Of a stretch of 64,000 bases of DNA, positions 1 through 8,904 are shown piece by piece. Positions within the stretch are counted from its first letter, which is position 1. Each line of letters begins with the position of its first letter. The stretch is from Verrucomicrobiia bacterium (GTDB lineage Bacteria > Patescibacteriota > Saccharimonadia > Saccharimonadales > JAGQNK01): NCBI GenBank assembly GCA_035489575.1, contig DATHJY010000007.1:1047-65046 (forward strand). Direction: 5' to 3'. The translations under genes and the position numbers were made by a program. The notes beneath the pieces were generated by a model, which saw only the letters and a list, made by a program, of their open reading frames with translations, had not been told where the DNA came from and made no database searches.

Positions 1-196
1 TGGCCAGAGCTGTTTGCCGGGCTGCGCCGCCCGAATCTGGACTTTGTACCACAAAGCCAATCACCAATGCTAAAAGAGCAAAGTTGGCAGCCAACAACCC
101 ATAACGAATGATTCGTTTACGAGATTTCTTGAAAGCCCGAGCGAATGAACGCGGGAGCAGTGTGCGCTTTGACTTTGAGTCGGCTTGGCGGCTCAA
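1..196 (-). CDS. partial CDS (5' end) of a membrane protein, continues past the left edge
   Basis: Minus-strand frame reads ...KKSRKRIIRYGLLAANFALLALVIGFVVQSPDSG (basic stretch plus TM helix) and stays open to position 1. Start codon not resolved; TTG at 196 is a guess. Confidence 0.3.
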   Translation of the reverse strand, partial: MSRQADSKSKRTLLPRSFARAFKKSRKRIIRYGLLAANFALLALVIGFVVQSPDSGGAARQTALA

Positions 197-467
197 TGTA
201 TGCGAAATGGTGCGAATACTAGTCTCCGGTTCCGTTATGTACGGAACGTGCCGATATATTGGTTCTTATTTGCTAAATACAAGAGTGTTCGACCAATCTT
301 GTGTATGCGAGTGTTAAGCCTGTTCAAAGCCTCACTCGGGAGGTTTTGGGATAGGTTTTTAAAAACAATATTCCGGGCAACTTAGGTTTGCCACTTAAGA
401 AAAGTGAGGCAGCCATTAGTTGCCCCCAGATACTACCAAAAAACTAACATTAAATCAATATTATCCA

Positions 468-507
468 CCCCTGTTACGTCTCTGTTATCATAATTTCGTT
501 AACGGGG
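468..507 (-). terminator. hairpin downstream of mltG
   Basis: CCCCTGTTACG (468-478) pairs with CGTTAACGGGG (497-507), just past the mltG stop at 518. Confidence 0.35.
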
Positions 508-517
508 GTCAGGGGCA

Positions 518-1564
518 CTAACGGTTGCAGAGCTTTTTGCAGTGCTGCTCGGTTAAGGCTTCGTGCTCGGTTAAGGTATTAGAGAAATAAGTCTTGCCAT
601 CGTCGCCCGCTACGAAAAACAGATAGGAGGTTCCCGCTGGGTTGGCCACTGCCTCTAAAGAAGATTTGCTAACATTGCTGATAGGTGTTGGTGGCAACCC
701 CCCGTGAGTGTAAGTATTGTAGGCCGAATCGTAGAACACGCTTGGCTCTTGGCCAGCCAGGATAGCCCCGTACTTGGCCGTGGGGTCAGATTCTAACCGG
801 CGGCCTTCGCGCAAGCGTCGCAAGAACACCTGGGCTACTACCTTGCGATCGTCAGGGTTACCGACCTCGCGTTCGATGATAGAGGCCAAGACAACTCCTT
901 CGTGCACCGTTAGCCCCTGGCGCACAATGCCCGCCCGAAGACCGGGGGTCAATGCCGATTGCATCTGGTCCAAAGAAGCTCGAATAATAGTCCCTGGACT
1001 GGTATCGGCTGTTTTCTGGAAAGACTCCGGGTACAGATAGCCTTCCAGGCTGGCGCCAGCCGGCTTGTCGGTCAAGGCCGGGTGGTTGGCATACAGGTCA
1101 GGCTTGAGCGCGGCGTCCACCGCAGTTGCCGTAAAGCCGTATTTCTCAATCAGGGCGCTGCGTATCTGATCTAGCCGTTGGCCTGGCAATACAGTCACCA
1201 GGTCAGTCGCAATCTTGCCATCGGTCAAAATAGCAGCAATCTCTGGGACCGATAGGCTGGGTCGCAGGCTGTAGGTACCAGCTTTTAGGTCGTCGTTGAG
1301 GCTCTGGTTACGAAAATACCACTCGAAGCTCCAGGCCGCACGGATCAAGCCCGCCTGTTTCAGTTGGCCAGCCACCTGTTTTACCGATGCGTCTTGTTCT
1401 ACCTTGATAAGCTGACTGCTCTGGGAAATACTGACTGGTTCTAGGTTTTGGTCGTAGGCCCGGCGAGTCACAAACGCACCGCCCACGGCCACCAGCACAA
1501 TCATGACAAACAGAATGGTGAGAATAATTGGCCACCTGGTTTTGCTTTTAGGTCTAGGCTGCAT
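518..1564 (-). CDS. mltG: endolytic murein transglycosylase MltG/YceG
   Basis: 348 aa with an N-terminal TM helix, a YceG-like body and the C-terminal motif YNTYTHGGLPPTPISN. Confidence 0.85.
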   Translation of the reverse strand: MQPRPKSKTRWPIILTILFVMIVLVAVGGAFVTRRAYDQNLEPVSISQSSQLIKVEQDASVKQVAGQLKQAGLIRAAWSFEWYFRNQSLNDDLKAGTYSLRPSLSVPEIAAILTDGKIATDLVTVLPGQRLDQIRSALIEKYGFTATAVDAALKPDLYANHPALTDKPAGASLEGYLYPESFQKTADTSPGTIIRASLDQMQSALTPGLRAGIVRQGLTVHEGVVLASIIEREVGNPDDRKVVAQVFLRRLREGRRLESDPTAKYGAILAGQEPSVFYDSAYNTYTHGGLPPTPISNVSKSSLEAVANPAGTSYLFFVAGDDGKTYFSNTLTEHEALTEQHCKKLCNR

Positions 1565-1973
1565 GATAGGTTTCTTGGCTCCGTAGATAATCTTCTAGTA
1601 TGTAGGTTGCTGCCAGGGCGTCAATATCAGCCTTGGCAAATTGCTTGCCCCGCGCCTGCAGCTCGGCCTCGGCCTGCCGCGACGTAAGAGCTTCGTCCTG
1701 AGTCTCTATGGGTACATCAGTATGTTGTCCCAACTCAGTAATAAATACTCGTGTGGCAGTAGTCTGGGCAGTATCGTCGCCGCTTAGGTTGCGTGGCAAC
1801 CCTACCAGTATGACACTGGGCTGCTCGATGGTGAGTAATTTTTCCAACTCCGGCCAAAAACTATCGTCACGTACCAGGGTAGTGAGCGGGTTGGCCAGTC
1901 GTGCCACCGTGTTGGCCGCTGCGACGCCCACCCTTTTTTCACCAACGTCTAATGCTATGAGATTAAACTCCAT
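1554..1973 (-). CDS. ruvX: YqgF/RuvX putative pre-16S rRNA nuclease (Holliday junction resolvase-like)
   Basis: MEFNLIALDVGEKRVGVAAA N-terminus. An AAGGAGGG SD precedes the ATG at 1973; the longer track ORF (to 2066) has no SD. Confidence 0.85.
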   Translation of the reverse strand: MEFNLIALDVGEKRVGVAAANTVARLANPLTTLVRDDSFWPELEKLLTIEQPSVILVGLPRNLSGDDTAQTTATRVFITELGQHTDVPIETQDEALTSRQAEAELQARGKQFAKADIDALAATYILEDYLRSQETYHAA

Positions 1974-2133
1974 CTCATAACCCTCCTTGAATGCACGGAT
2001 AACCTTGGCGAGCAAGATAGCGGTTTTCTTGTGACAAGGCATAACCGTAGTTATGGTGCGAAGCAAAAAACCGGTAGCTTGCCGTCAAGGTTGGTCGTGG
2101 GCCAAGATGGGTTTTGAGATGGAGTCCTATCAT

Positions 2134-3777
2134 TTACTCGGCTTTTTCGAAAACAAAGGTTATCTTACTGGTACTCTTGGGTGTCGATTGTACCCAAAAC
2201 GGACTGTAAGCCACCTCTACGTCGCGGACACCTGGCCGGTTTTTGAATAGTTCCTGTATTTCGCCCCGCTTTTTGCCAGCAATCTCTTGCTTCAGGGCGG
2301 TCTCGTCCAGTTGCGGGCCGGCTACCACGGTGGTCTGAATATTCATCTCTGTGCGAGTGTTGGGCTTTTTCTCGGCGGTAGATTTTATGGTGGCCTTGTC
2401 TATGCCGTTGTCTTGCACTCGTTGCTTTGAAGTGTCTAGCTTGGACTTGGCCTCTTCTTCGACCAGCTTCTTGAGGTCGTCCCTTTTGATACCCAACATG
2501 GTAAATACAGAGGTAGAAGTCACAGTGACTTCGCTCGCCTCGTCACCCACGTTTGGTGTGCTGGTGACCGTGGCGTTGCCCAAAGTCAAGGTGTCGGTCA
2601 GGGCCATTCGGCCCCCTTCTTCGAACTTTTGTTTGAGCTCATCCGGGGCTTCGCCGCCGGCTCGCTCATTGATACGCTGTTTGGCCAGGTCGACGTCCTC
2701 CTGGCGAATAATCTTTACGACCTTGCTGGTACCACCTGCAAAGGCTGCGGCATTTGTGCCGGATACGGCCGAATAACCAGACACGGCAAAAGTCTTGCCT
2801 ATCTCTACGTTGTATTGCTCACCTGCGCTAGTAGCCACGACATCGGCTGTACCCTGGAAACGGCACTGACCACCAACAACTGCTGGGGATAATGTCACCG
2901 GTGCGGCCGTACCATAACTGAGGTTGCCAGTACTAACCGTTGTGCCCGTAGGGATTGTTGGCACATTGGACGAACAGACGGTTGACAGCGTCACTTGCCC
3001 GGCAGCCCTGGTCCCTAAGTCTTTCTGGCCTGTAGCCGGCACTTTTTCAGTGTCGGTCTTGCGGAATTCTTCGTTTTTGGCAGGCAAGACTTTGGATTCG
3101 GTGTTAACCTCTTGGGCTGCAGGATCAGCCGCAAAGGCAAAGCTGGTGTCTATATTTTGAGTGTCGGTTTTAAGAATAACGGTGGCTTTTGGCAGCACAA
3201 AGAACGCTAGAATAACGCCGCCAATGAGAATAACTCCTGCGATAGCTCCCAGGATGAGCCGTGTCCGGAACTTTTCAAAATTGGGTATATTGAACTTTTT
3301 CTTGCCACCGTCAGCTCCTTTTTTGCCCTTTTTGCCCTTTTTCTTCTTGCCATTGGGGCCACTGCTGTCATCGGAGCTGTTGTCTACTTCTATAGATTCA
3401 TCGTCATCGTCCGCAGCCAAAGCACTCGCTGCCGCTGCCGAACGTTCCAGCGGCACATCGGCTTCATCGTCATCAGCTGGTGGGGTATCGTTGGGGCCAG
3501 CAGGAATCTCTGGTTTGCTCTGCAAAGACTTAGCTACGTACATACCAACTGCACCAGCCAGGGGTAGCAAATTGGCCTCAGAGGTAATAAGCACGACGCG
3601 CTTGCCTTGTTCGTCGGCGGTACGCTTGAGCAACTTCATATTCACCAAGCTCTGGAAGACCGCGGCACGCTTAGGCAAAACGAGGGCAACAATCTTTTGG
3701 CTGGAATCCTGAACCTTATCGATGATACCGGTTATCTCGTCATCGACATCGATGTAAATGGTGTCCTTATTGTTCAT
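2134..3777 (-). CDS. hypothetical single-pass membrane protein, Lys-rich linker
   Basis: 547 aa. Conserved-looking N-terminal cytoplasmic domain, acidic then GKKKKGKKGKKG low-complexity tract, one TM helix, large Thr/Val-rich ectodomain. ATGA overlap with ftsA. Confidence 0.6.
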   Translation of the reverse strand: MNNKDTIYIDVDDEITGIIDKVQDSSQKIVALVLPKRAAVFQSLVNMKLLKRTADEQGKRVVLITSEANLLPLAGAVGMYVAKSLQSKPEIPAGPNDTPPADDDEADVPLERSAAAASALAADDDDESIEVDNSSDDSSGPNGKKKKGKKGKKGADGGKKKFNIPNFEKFRTRLILGAIAGVILIGGVILAFFVLPKATVILKTDTQNIDTSFAFAADPAAQEVNTESKVLPAKNEEFRKTDTEKVPATGQKDLGTRAAGQVTLSTVCSSNVPTIPTGTTVSTGNLSYGTAAPVTLSPAVVGGQCRFQGTADVVATSAGEQYNVEIGKTFAVSGYSAVSGTNAAAFAGGTSKVVKIIRQEDVDLAKQRINERAGGEAPDELKQKFEEGGRMALTDTLTLGNATVTSTPNVGDEASEVTVTSTSVFTMLGIKRDDLKKLVEEEAKSKLDTSKQRVQDNGIDKATIKSTAEKKPNTRTEMNIQTTVVAGPQLDETALKQEIAGKKRGEIQELFKNRPGVRDVEVAYSPFWVQSTPKSTSKITFVFEKAE

Positions 3778-5078
3778 ATTCTAAGCATTCTATCAATTTT
3801 TTGGCGAACAGACCCAGTTGGTCTGTCGTTTTGTTGCTGGACCGTATCCAGCCCAACGCGCAGCAGACCCATGGCTGTTACAAAGGTATGATCTGTCACG
3901 TGACCAGTTTTATCAACCATACCCACCACTTGTTCGGGTTGAATATGCTGCACGACTGGTTTGCGGGTAAAGGGTAGTTCTTTGTACCAATCTGTCTTGG
4001 ACAGTTGCTCCATAAGCATGCCCAGGCTGGAGCCGCCGCCACACAGTAAAATCCTGTTAGGCAAGTGGTCTAGCTTGTCAAATTCACTCAGCGCTAGTTC
4101 GACACCGCTTGTCCATACGTCTAGTGTCTTACGCAGGCTCTTTTCTAGCACCTTTGCTTTGTGCTGGGGAACACGGCCGCTGCCGATGGCTAGCTTGAGC
4201 TCTTCGGCCTGAGCAAAATCAACGTCTAGGTCGCGCTCGATTGCCCGGGTGTACGCCCGGCCACCAATACCAAACATCTTGGTACCTTGCACACCGCCTT
4301 CGTTAATAACTGCAATGTCGGTAGTACCACCCCCGACATCCATAAGGATGGCACTCATGGTAGCATTCGGGTCATCACCAATAACTGAACGAGCTACAGC
4401 AAAGGGTTCGGCCGCGACGGCCAACAGATCAATATCCAATTCTTGAGCCGTTCGCTCCAGAGCACCAATATGTATCAGCGGCGCAAAGGCGGTATACAGC
4501 TGCACCAGGACGTCTTTGCCCTGAAAGCCCACCGGGTTGGTTACTTTGTAGCCGTCGATATCAATGCCTACGAGCGCACTGTTGACCAGCCGGATCTCTA
4601 CTTCTTTGCCACCCAACTCCCAGGCCAGTTCTTTTTTGGCCTTGGCCTCGGCCCGCCCCTGAACTAGCCCAATAATTCGCTCTAGCTCGGTTACGTCCAA
4701 GGGTTTGTTGGCATCTTTGCGCGTACACCGCACCGTGGTAGTGGTACCTTTTACAAGCTCGCCGGCTATGCCAATGACCGCTGTGCGGGCACTAACTCCG
4801 GCCTGTTGTTCGGCCTGGGCCAGCGCGGCATCGCAGTTACCCACCACGGCCGCAATATCCGAAATAGCGCCAGCCTGCATATCAGACAGCTCTTGGTGTG
4901 CGCGCCCGACGCCAATGATCTCTAGGGTGTCGTCCTCTGTAATTTTGGCCACCAGAGCTTTTACAAACTCGGTACCGATGTCTAGGCCCACTAAATAGTT
5001 CTGCGCATCAGCAGGCTCAGACTTTTTTCTTTTGAGGGCGGAGCTAGAAAGGCTCGAGAGTTTATCAAGCATAGGCAT
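3774..5078 (-). CDS. ftsA: cell division protein FtsA (actin-like ATPase)
   Basis: LVGLDIGTEFVKALV phosphate-1 motif, DVGGGTTDIAV phosphate-2 and LCGGGS adenosine motif. Start taken at MPMLDK (5078), not at the upstream ORF extension. Confidence 0.8.
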   Translation of the reverse strand: MPMLDKLSSLSSSALKRKKSEPADAQNYLVGLDIGTEFVKALVAKITEDDTLEIIGVGRAHQELSDMQAGAISDIAAVVGNCDAALAQAEQQAGVSARTAVIGIAGELVKGTTTTVRCTRKDANKPLDVTELERIIGLVQGRAEAKAKKELAWELGGKEVEIRLVNSALVGIDIDGYKVTNPVGFQGKDVLVQLYTAFAPLIHIGALERTAQELDIDLLAVAAEPFAVARSVIGDDPNATMSAILMDVGGGTTDIAVINEGGVQGTKMFGIGGRAYTRAIERDLDVDFAQAEELKLAIGSGRVPQHKAKVLEKSLRKTLDVWTSGVELALSEFDKLDHLPNRILLCGGGSSLGMLMEQLSKTDWYKELPFTRKPVVQHIQPEQVVGMVDKTGHVTDHTFVTAMGLLRVGLDTVQQQNDRPTGSVRQKIDRMLRI

Positions 5079-5170
5079 AATCCTTACTATTCTATCATGA
5101 GAAAGTGGGAGTCTTATCAGATATGCCGCTGGTGGTTGACTTTGACAGAGCGCTGTAGTTATGTGAGTGC

Positions 5171-8100
5171 ATGGGAAGCCGCTTGCCCGAAGCTTCCGAT
5201 GATAGTGAAAGAGGTATAGCATATCTGGCGGTTGATGATGTTATACCCGACATGACTTCGGGAGCAATCGAAGTCCCTTTTGCCACTGAGTTCTTCTTGG
5301 AACTGAGCGATGTAGATTCTAATGGCCACGGCTCGGATGATTATGACCCTTATGACGAAACACTTGCTGTCGGGCGTGGACACCGTGAGCTGCCTACCAA
5401 CAGGGATACTGAGTGGGATGACGGAATATCACTTGATAGTCTCCGGCAATTCCGCCAAACAATGGGGTACGACGCCATACCCCAACCCCAGCCCAAACTG
5501 AAACACGATCCAGTAGAGATGCCCGACGAGGAAGAAACAGAGGAAGAAGAGTTATCTGAATTTTTTATTCGTGACCTTCTGGCCAGCGTCGAGCTGCAAA
5601 ACGCCAGGACAGCCCCAAATACCGACATCCCACCCGCTCTTCAGGTAAGCACTGGCGAGCAAACGCTCTCTTATTGGGTTAAAGACCAAAACCCAGGCGA
5701 CCTAACCACAGAAGTCCTGGGAGAGCTATCACTTATTACGATCAGTGCCGTCAAAGATATGCTGGGCATAGCCAGTCATGCCAGGACAAAAACAGCTGAA
5801 TGGCTTATTGAAAATGGTCGCATCCCCAAACCAATTGGTATCGTGCCTTATGGTGACAAAAAACAAGGGCTGCCTGTCTGGAGCAAGCAGCAAATACTTA
5901 TCCCGCACGAAAAAACCATTCCCCAAGAAACTCCGAAAACAGAAAACGAGGCATGGCGGGCCCAGGCTGCCTGTCTGGGTTCTAGCGCCACAGAGTATTT
6001 CTTTGCGGAAAGAGGCGAAAACCAAGAGCCGGCCAAGAGTGTTTGCAGAGGATGTAGTGCACGCCAGGCTTGCCTAGAGTCGGCCCTTGCGCACAAGGAA
6101 AAGCATGGCATATGGGGTGGGACCAACGAACGAGAGCGTCGAGTAATCCGGAGAAGACGGAGCCTAATTGCCAAAAGAGCTGCAGCCGATGGAACGCTCG
6201 ACGGCCTGGACGATCACGACGAGCTCACCCTCAGAGGTCCGCTCGCCCCCGAAGTTCAGGCACTCGTAGACCAGAATCCCGCCCTCGAATCTATTGCTAT
6301 CAGTTTTGAATCGGCCGACCTGGAGGTTCGTGACGATCAGATCCAGGGAGTGCACGCGGTAGAGCAAGCAATAGAATCTGGCAAAGAGCGAGTGTTATAC
6401 CAAATGTATCCTGGTGGCGGCAAGACAAATATGGCGGCAATCATGGCCGACCGTTGGCTGAGCGAAAACCCCGAGAAGCGGGTGCTGTATTTGTGCCATG
6501 ACACACGCTTGCTCAGCCAAGCCCGCGCCCGATTCAAACACATCCTCGGGGACGAAGAGTACACCTATGGCACTTTTACTGGCGAAGAAAAGGACTGGGA
6601 CGATCCCACCTTTATGTTTGCGTCGTTCCAGACAATGCAACAGCAAAACTGGCAAGAATACTTTGCAGACCAAGAGTTCGACCTGGTCATAGTGGACGAA
6701 AGCCATCATTCCAAGGCAGCCACCTACGAAGCTGTGCTGGACCACTTTTTGCCACGCGCCATCAACAGCATAGCTATGAGTGGCACCATCAAGCGTCACG
6801 ACATGAGAGACATCCAAGAAATCTGGGGAGCACCCGTATACTCCAAGACATTTGCCGAAGCCATGGACGAGAAAAGACTGGTATGGCCCGAGTACATCGT
6901 CATGGAGGATCCCGATGAAGAAGAGACCTTTTTGACCGAAGGGATTGACCCCACCAAGCTCAATAGGCGAATCTTTATAGAAGCACGCGATAAGAAAATA
7001 GTTGCTGCCGCCCGCGAGGAAGTCAGAGCGTACGAGCTCAGACACGGCGTGAAGGCAAAGCCGCTGATATTTGATACAACCATTGCCCATGCCGACGTTA
7101 TCGCCCGGCTCTGGTCCGAGGCCGAAGCAGCAGAAAACGGCCAGACAGATATCACCGCCAACGCCGCCCGCACTCTCCACACACGCAGCAAGAACACCCT
7201 AGAAGCGTTCAGGAATAACGAGTTCCCTACGCTGGTTACAGTAAACATGCTGAACGAAGGTATCGACATAACAGACGTAAATGTCATCATTTTCTTGGCC
7301 GCTACCGATTCGGAGCCAAAATATATCCAGCAATTGGCGCGGGGCCTTCGCAAGAAAGCCGGCAAGCCATCGTGTTTAGTCCTGGATTTCCCTAATAACT
7401 GGGGGCATATCATGATGGGTAATCGAGCCGTCAAAGAGATCAAGGCCGGCCGCACACCTGCAACCCAATCAAAACAATGGGCCCAGACCGCCCTCCAGCC
7501 ACGAATGGTGCACCTGGATAATATCTTGTTTACTTTCCAGGCAACACGTGTGGACTTTGTGCAAAGAGTCAAAGAACTAGACAGAGACCCAATGTTACCC
7601 GATGCCATGAGTGTCAAGAAATATGCACGGGATCGCAGCCGCGACTTCAGAACAGTGGTCAGGTATATGCGAATTCTACACATGATCCCCCTCAGCCTAC
7701 CCAATCGCTACGGAGCATACTGGCTGCCGGTAGAGTACCAGCAAGAGCTAGATGCCCAGGCCGGGCTAGCCATTGAGTTTTTCAAACCAGGAGAAATACG
7801 GCTGCCCAAGGCCCTCAAGCAGCTTGGCGTAGGCCAAACAACCGTGGACAAGGCACTGAATGACGGCGACATACGTTTGCCCACGCGAAACTTTGATGAC
7901 GGCGGACCACCCGGACTGGCCGTAGATGAAGCCACCCTGGCGCTACTAGAAGCCAACCCCCGTGTCCAAAAGTACAAAGAGGTAGCTGCCGACGCCAACT
8001 CTCCTCTGGGCGAAGACGAGGAGAGCGTCTACGGCGCCGCACTATCCCTGAACGTGTCCAAGGAAGTTTTCATACACGCGCTTCAGATAGAACTTGGGAT

Positions 8101-8461
8101 ATCCCCCGATGACCTGCTGAACCGCAGCCGTTCTAAGGGCCAGCCATTCCAGGCGGTTAAAAAAGCCCATACGGCCTGGATAACTGGCTCGAAAATAATC
8201 GAGGAGGCCCAACCGGCGCCAACCGGCGCCGTATCGGTACACCAACTAGCAGTCGAGCTGGGCACAGCCGATAAAACACTGAAGGCCAAGGCCGCAGAAC
8301 TGGGTATCTTACCCAAGCGCAGAAAAGGTGCCCGCAACCACTACGATATGTTTTTTGTCGAAGACCTAGAACCCATTCGGGCCCACTCCTATTTCAATAA
8401 AAATGGCAGCAGCAAGTACCGAGGCCGAACAAAGAGAAAGCAGCAAGAATCGGTCACCTAA
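5171..8461 (+). CDS. WhiB-like [4Fe-4S] domain fused to an SF2 (DEAH / type III restriction Res-like) helicase, with a C-terminal tail of repeated HTH-like segments
   Basis: At ~5951-6160: AACLG...VCRGCSARQAC...GIWGG, i.e. C-Xn-C-X2-C-X5-C plus the G[IV]WGG turn. Helicase motif I is PGGGKTN (~6410) and motif II is VDESHH (~6693-6710). Start uncertain. Confidence 0.75.
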   Translation: MGSRLPEASDDSERGIAYLAVDDVIPDMTSGAIEVPFATEFFLELSDVDSNGHGSDDYDPYDETLAVGRGHRELPTNRDTEWDDGISLDSLRQFRQTMGYDAIPQPQPKLKHDPVEMPDEEETEEEELSEFFIRDLLASVELQNARTAPNTDIPPALQVSTGEQTLSYWVKDQNPGDLTTEVLGELSLITISAVKDMLGIASHARTKTAEWLIENGRIPKPIGIVPYGDKKQGLPVWSKQQILIPHEKTIPQETPKTENEAWRAQAACLGSSATEYFFAERGENQEPAKSVCRGCSARQACLESALAHKEKHGIWGGTNERERRVIRRRRSLIAKRAAADGTLDGLDDHDELTLRGPLAPEVQALVDQNPALESIAISFESADLEVRDDQIQGVHAVEQAIESGKERVLYQMYPGGGKTNMAAIMADRWLSENPEKRVLYLCHDTRLLSQARARFKHILGDEEYTYGTFTGEEKDWDDPTFMFASFQTMQQQNWQEYFADQEFDLVIVDESHHSKAATYEAVLDHFLPRAINSIAMSGTIKRHDMRDIQEIWGAPVYSKTFAEAMDEKRLVWPEYIVMEDPDEEETFLTEGIDPTKLNRRIFIEARDKKIVAAAREEVRAYELRHGVKAKPLIFDTTIAHADVIARLWSEAEAAENGQTDITANAARTLHTRSKNTLEAFRNNEFPTLVTVNMLNEGIDITDVNVIIFLAATDSEPKYIQQLARGLRKKAGKPSCLVLDFPNNWGHIMMGNRAVKEIKAGRTPATQSKQWAQTALQPRMVHLDNILFTFQATRVDFVQRVKELDRDPMLPDAMSVKKYARDRSRDFRTVVRYMRILHMIPLSLPNRYGAYWLPVEYQQELDAQAGLAIEFFKPGEIRLPKALKQLGVGQTTVDKALNDGDIRLPTRNFDDGGPPGLAVDEATLALLEANPRVQKYKEVAADANSPLGEDEESVYGAALSLNVSKEVFIHALQIELGISPDDLLNRSRSKGQPFQAVKKAHTAWITGSKIIEEAQPAPTGAVSVHQLAVELGTADKTLKAKAAELGILPKRRKGARNHYDMFFVEDLEPIRAHSYFNKNGSSKYRGRTKRKQQESVT

Positions 8462-8901
8462 AGGTACTCTTCTTTTGGCTCGACGGGAGTCACGCGCCCC
8501 TGGCTAAATCCACCATAGTGTTTGTCGGGCTTCTTGTATGGATTATGTGATCGTCGCTGCTGACGCTGTTCTGCCATTCGCCGCTCATAGATAGCCCGTC
8601 CATCTTGGACAATCATGCCCTTCGCCTCGGCTGCCTGGGGCAACCAGAGCATGCCGATAAAGGCTGCGTTGCCGAGCCGCACAATGGCAGGTGTCCAGCG
8701 CACAATAGCTACGTGCGGATCTTGCTCTTGCTCTTCTGGCGGAAGTGCCTCGTGGTAGGCGCGTACCTCCTGCTTAAAAGCTGTGTTGATTCTGCTCAGA
8801 TTGCCCGTAGCGGGGACCTCAATCTCTAGGCGAGTTCTGTCTTCTTCATCAATAGGAATTTCGTAGGCAATCAGTCCGTTAAGTATGGACTGTCCTTCCA
8901 T
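8458..8901 (-). CDS. hypothetical protein
   Basis: 147-aa ORF immediately downstream of alaS on the same strand, with backbone-like composition. Confidence 0.5.
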   Translation of the reverse strand: MEGQSILNGLIAYEIPIDEEDRTRLEIEVPATGNLSRINTAFKQEVRAYHEALPPEEQEQDPHVAIVRWTPAIVRLGNAAFIGMLWLPQAAEAKGMIVQDGRAIYERRMAEQRQQRRSHNPYKKPDKHYGGFSQGRVTPVEPKEEYL

Positions 8902-8904
8902 AAC

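Noticed and set aside
108-385. Two small + strand ORFs (69 and 66 aa)
   Set aside because: They overlap each other and the promoter and 5' region of the minus-strand partial gene. They have no SD and an odd composition.
6395-7704. 261-aa and 302-aa minus-strand ORFs
   Set aside because: They are antisense to the helicase core of the 5171-8461 gene, which carries clear motifs in the + frame.
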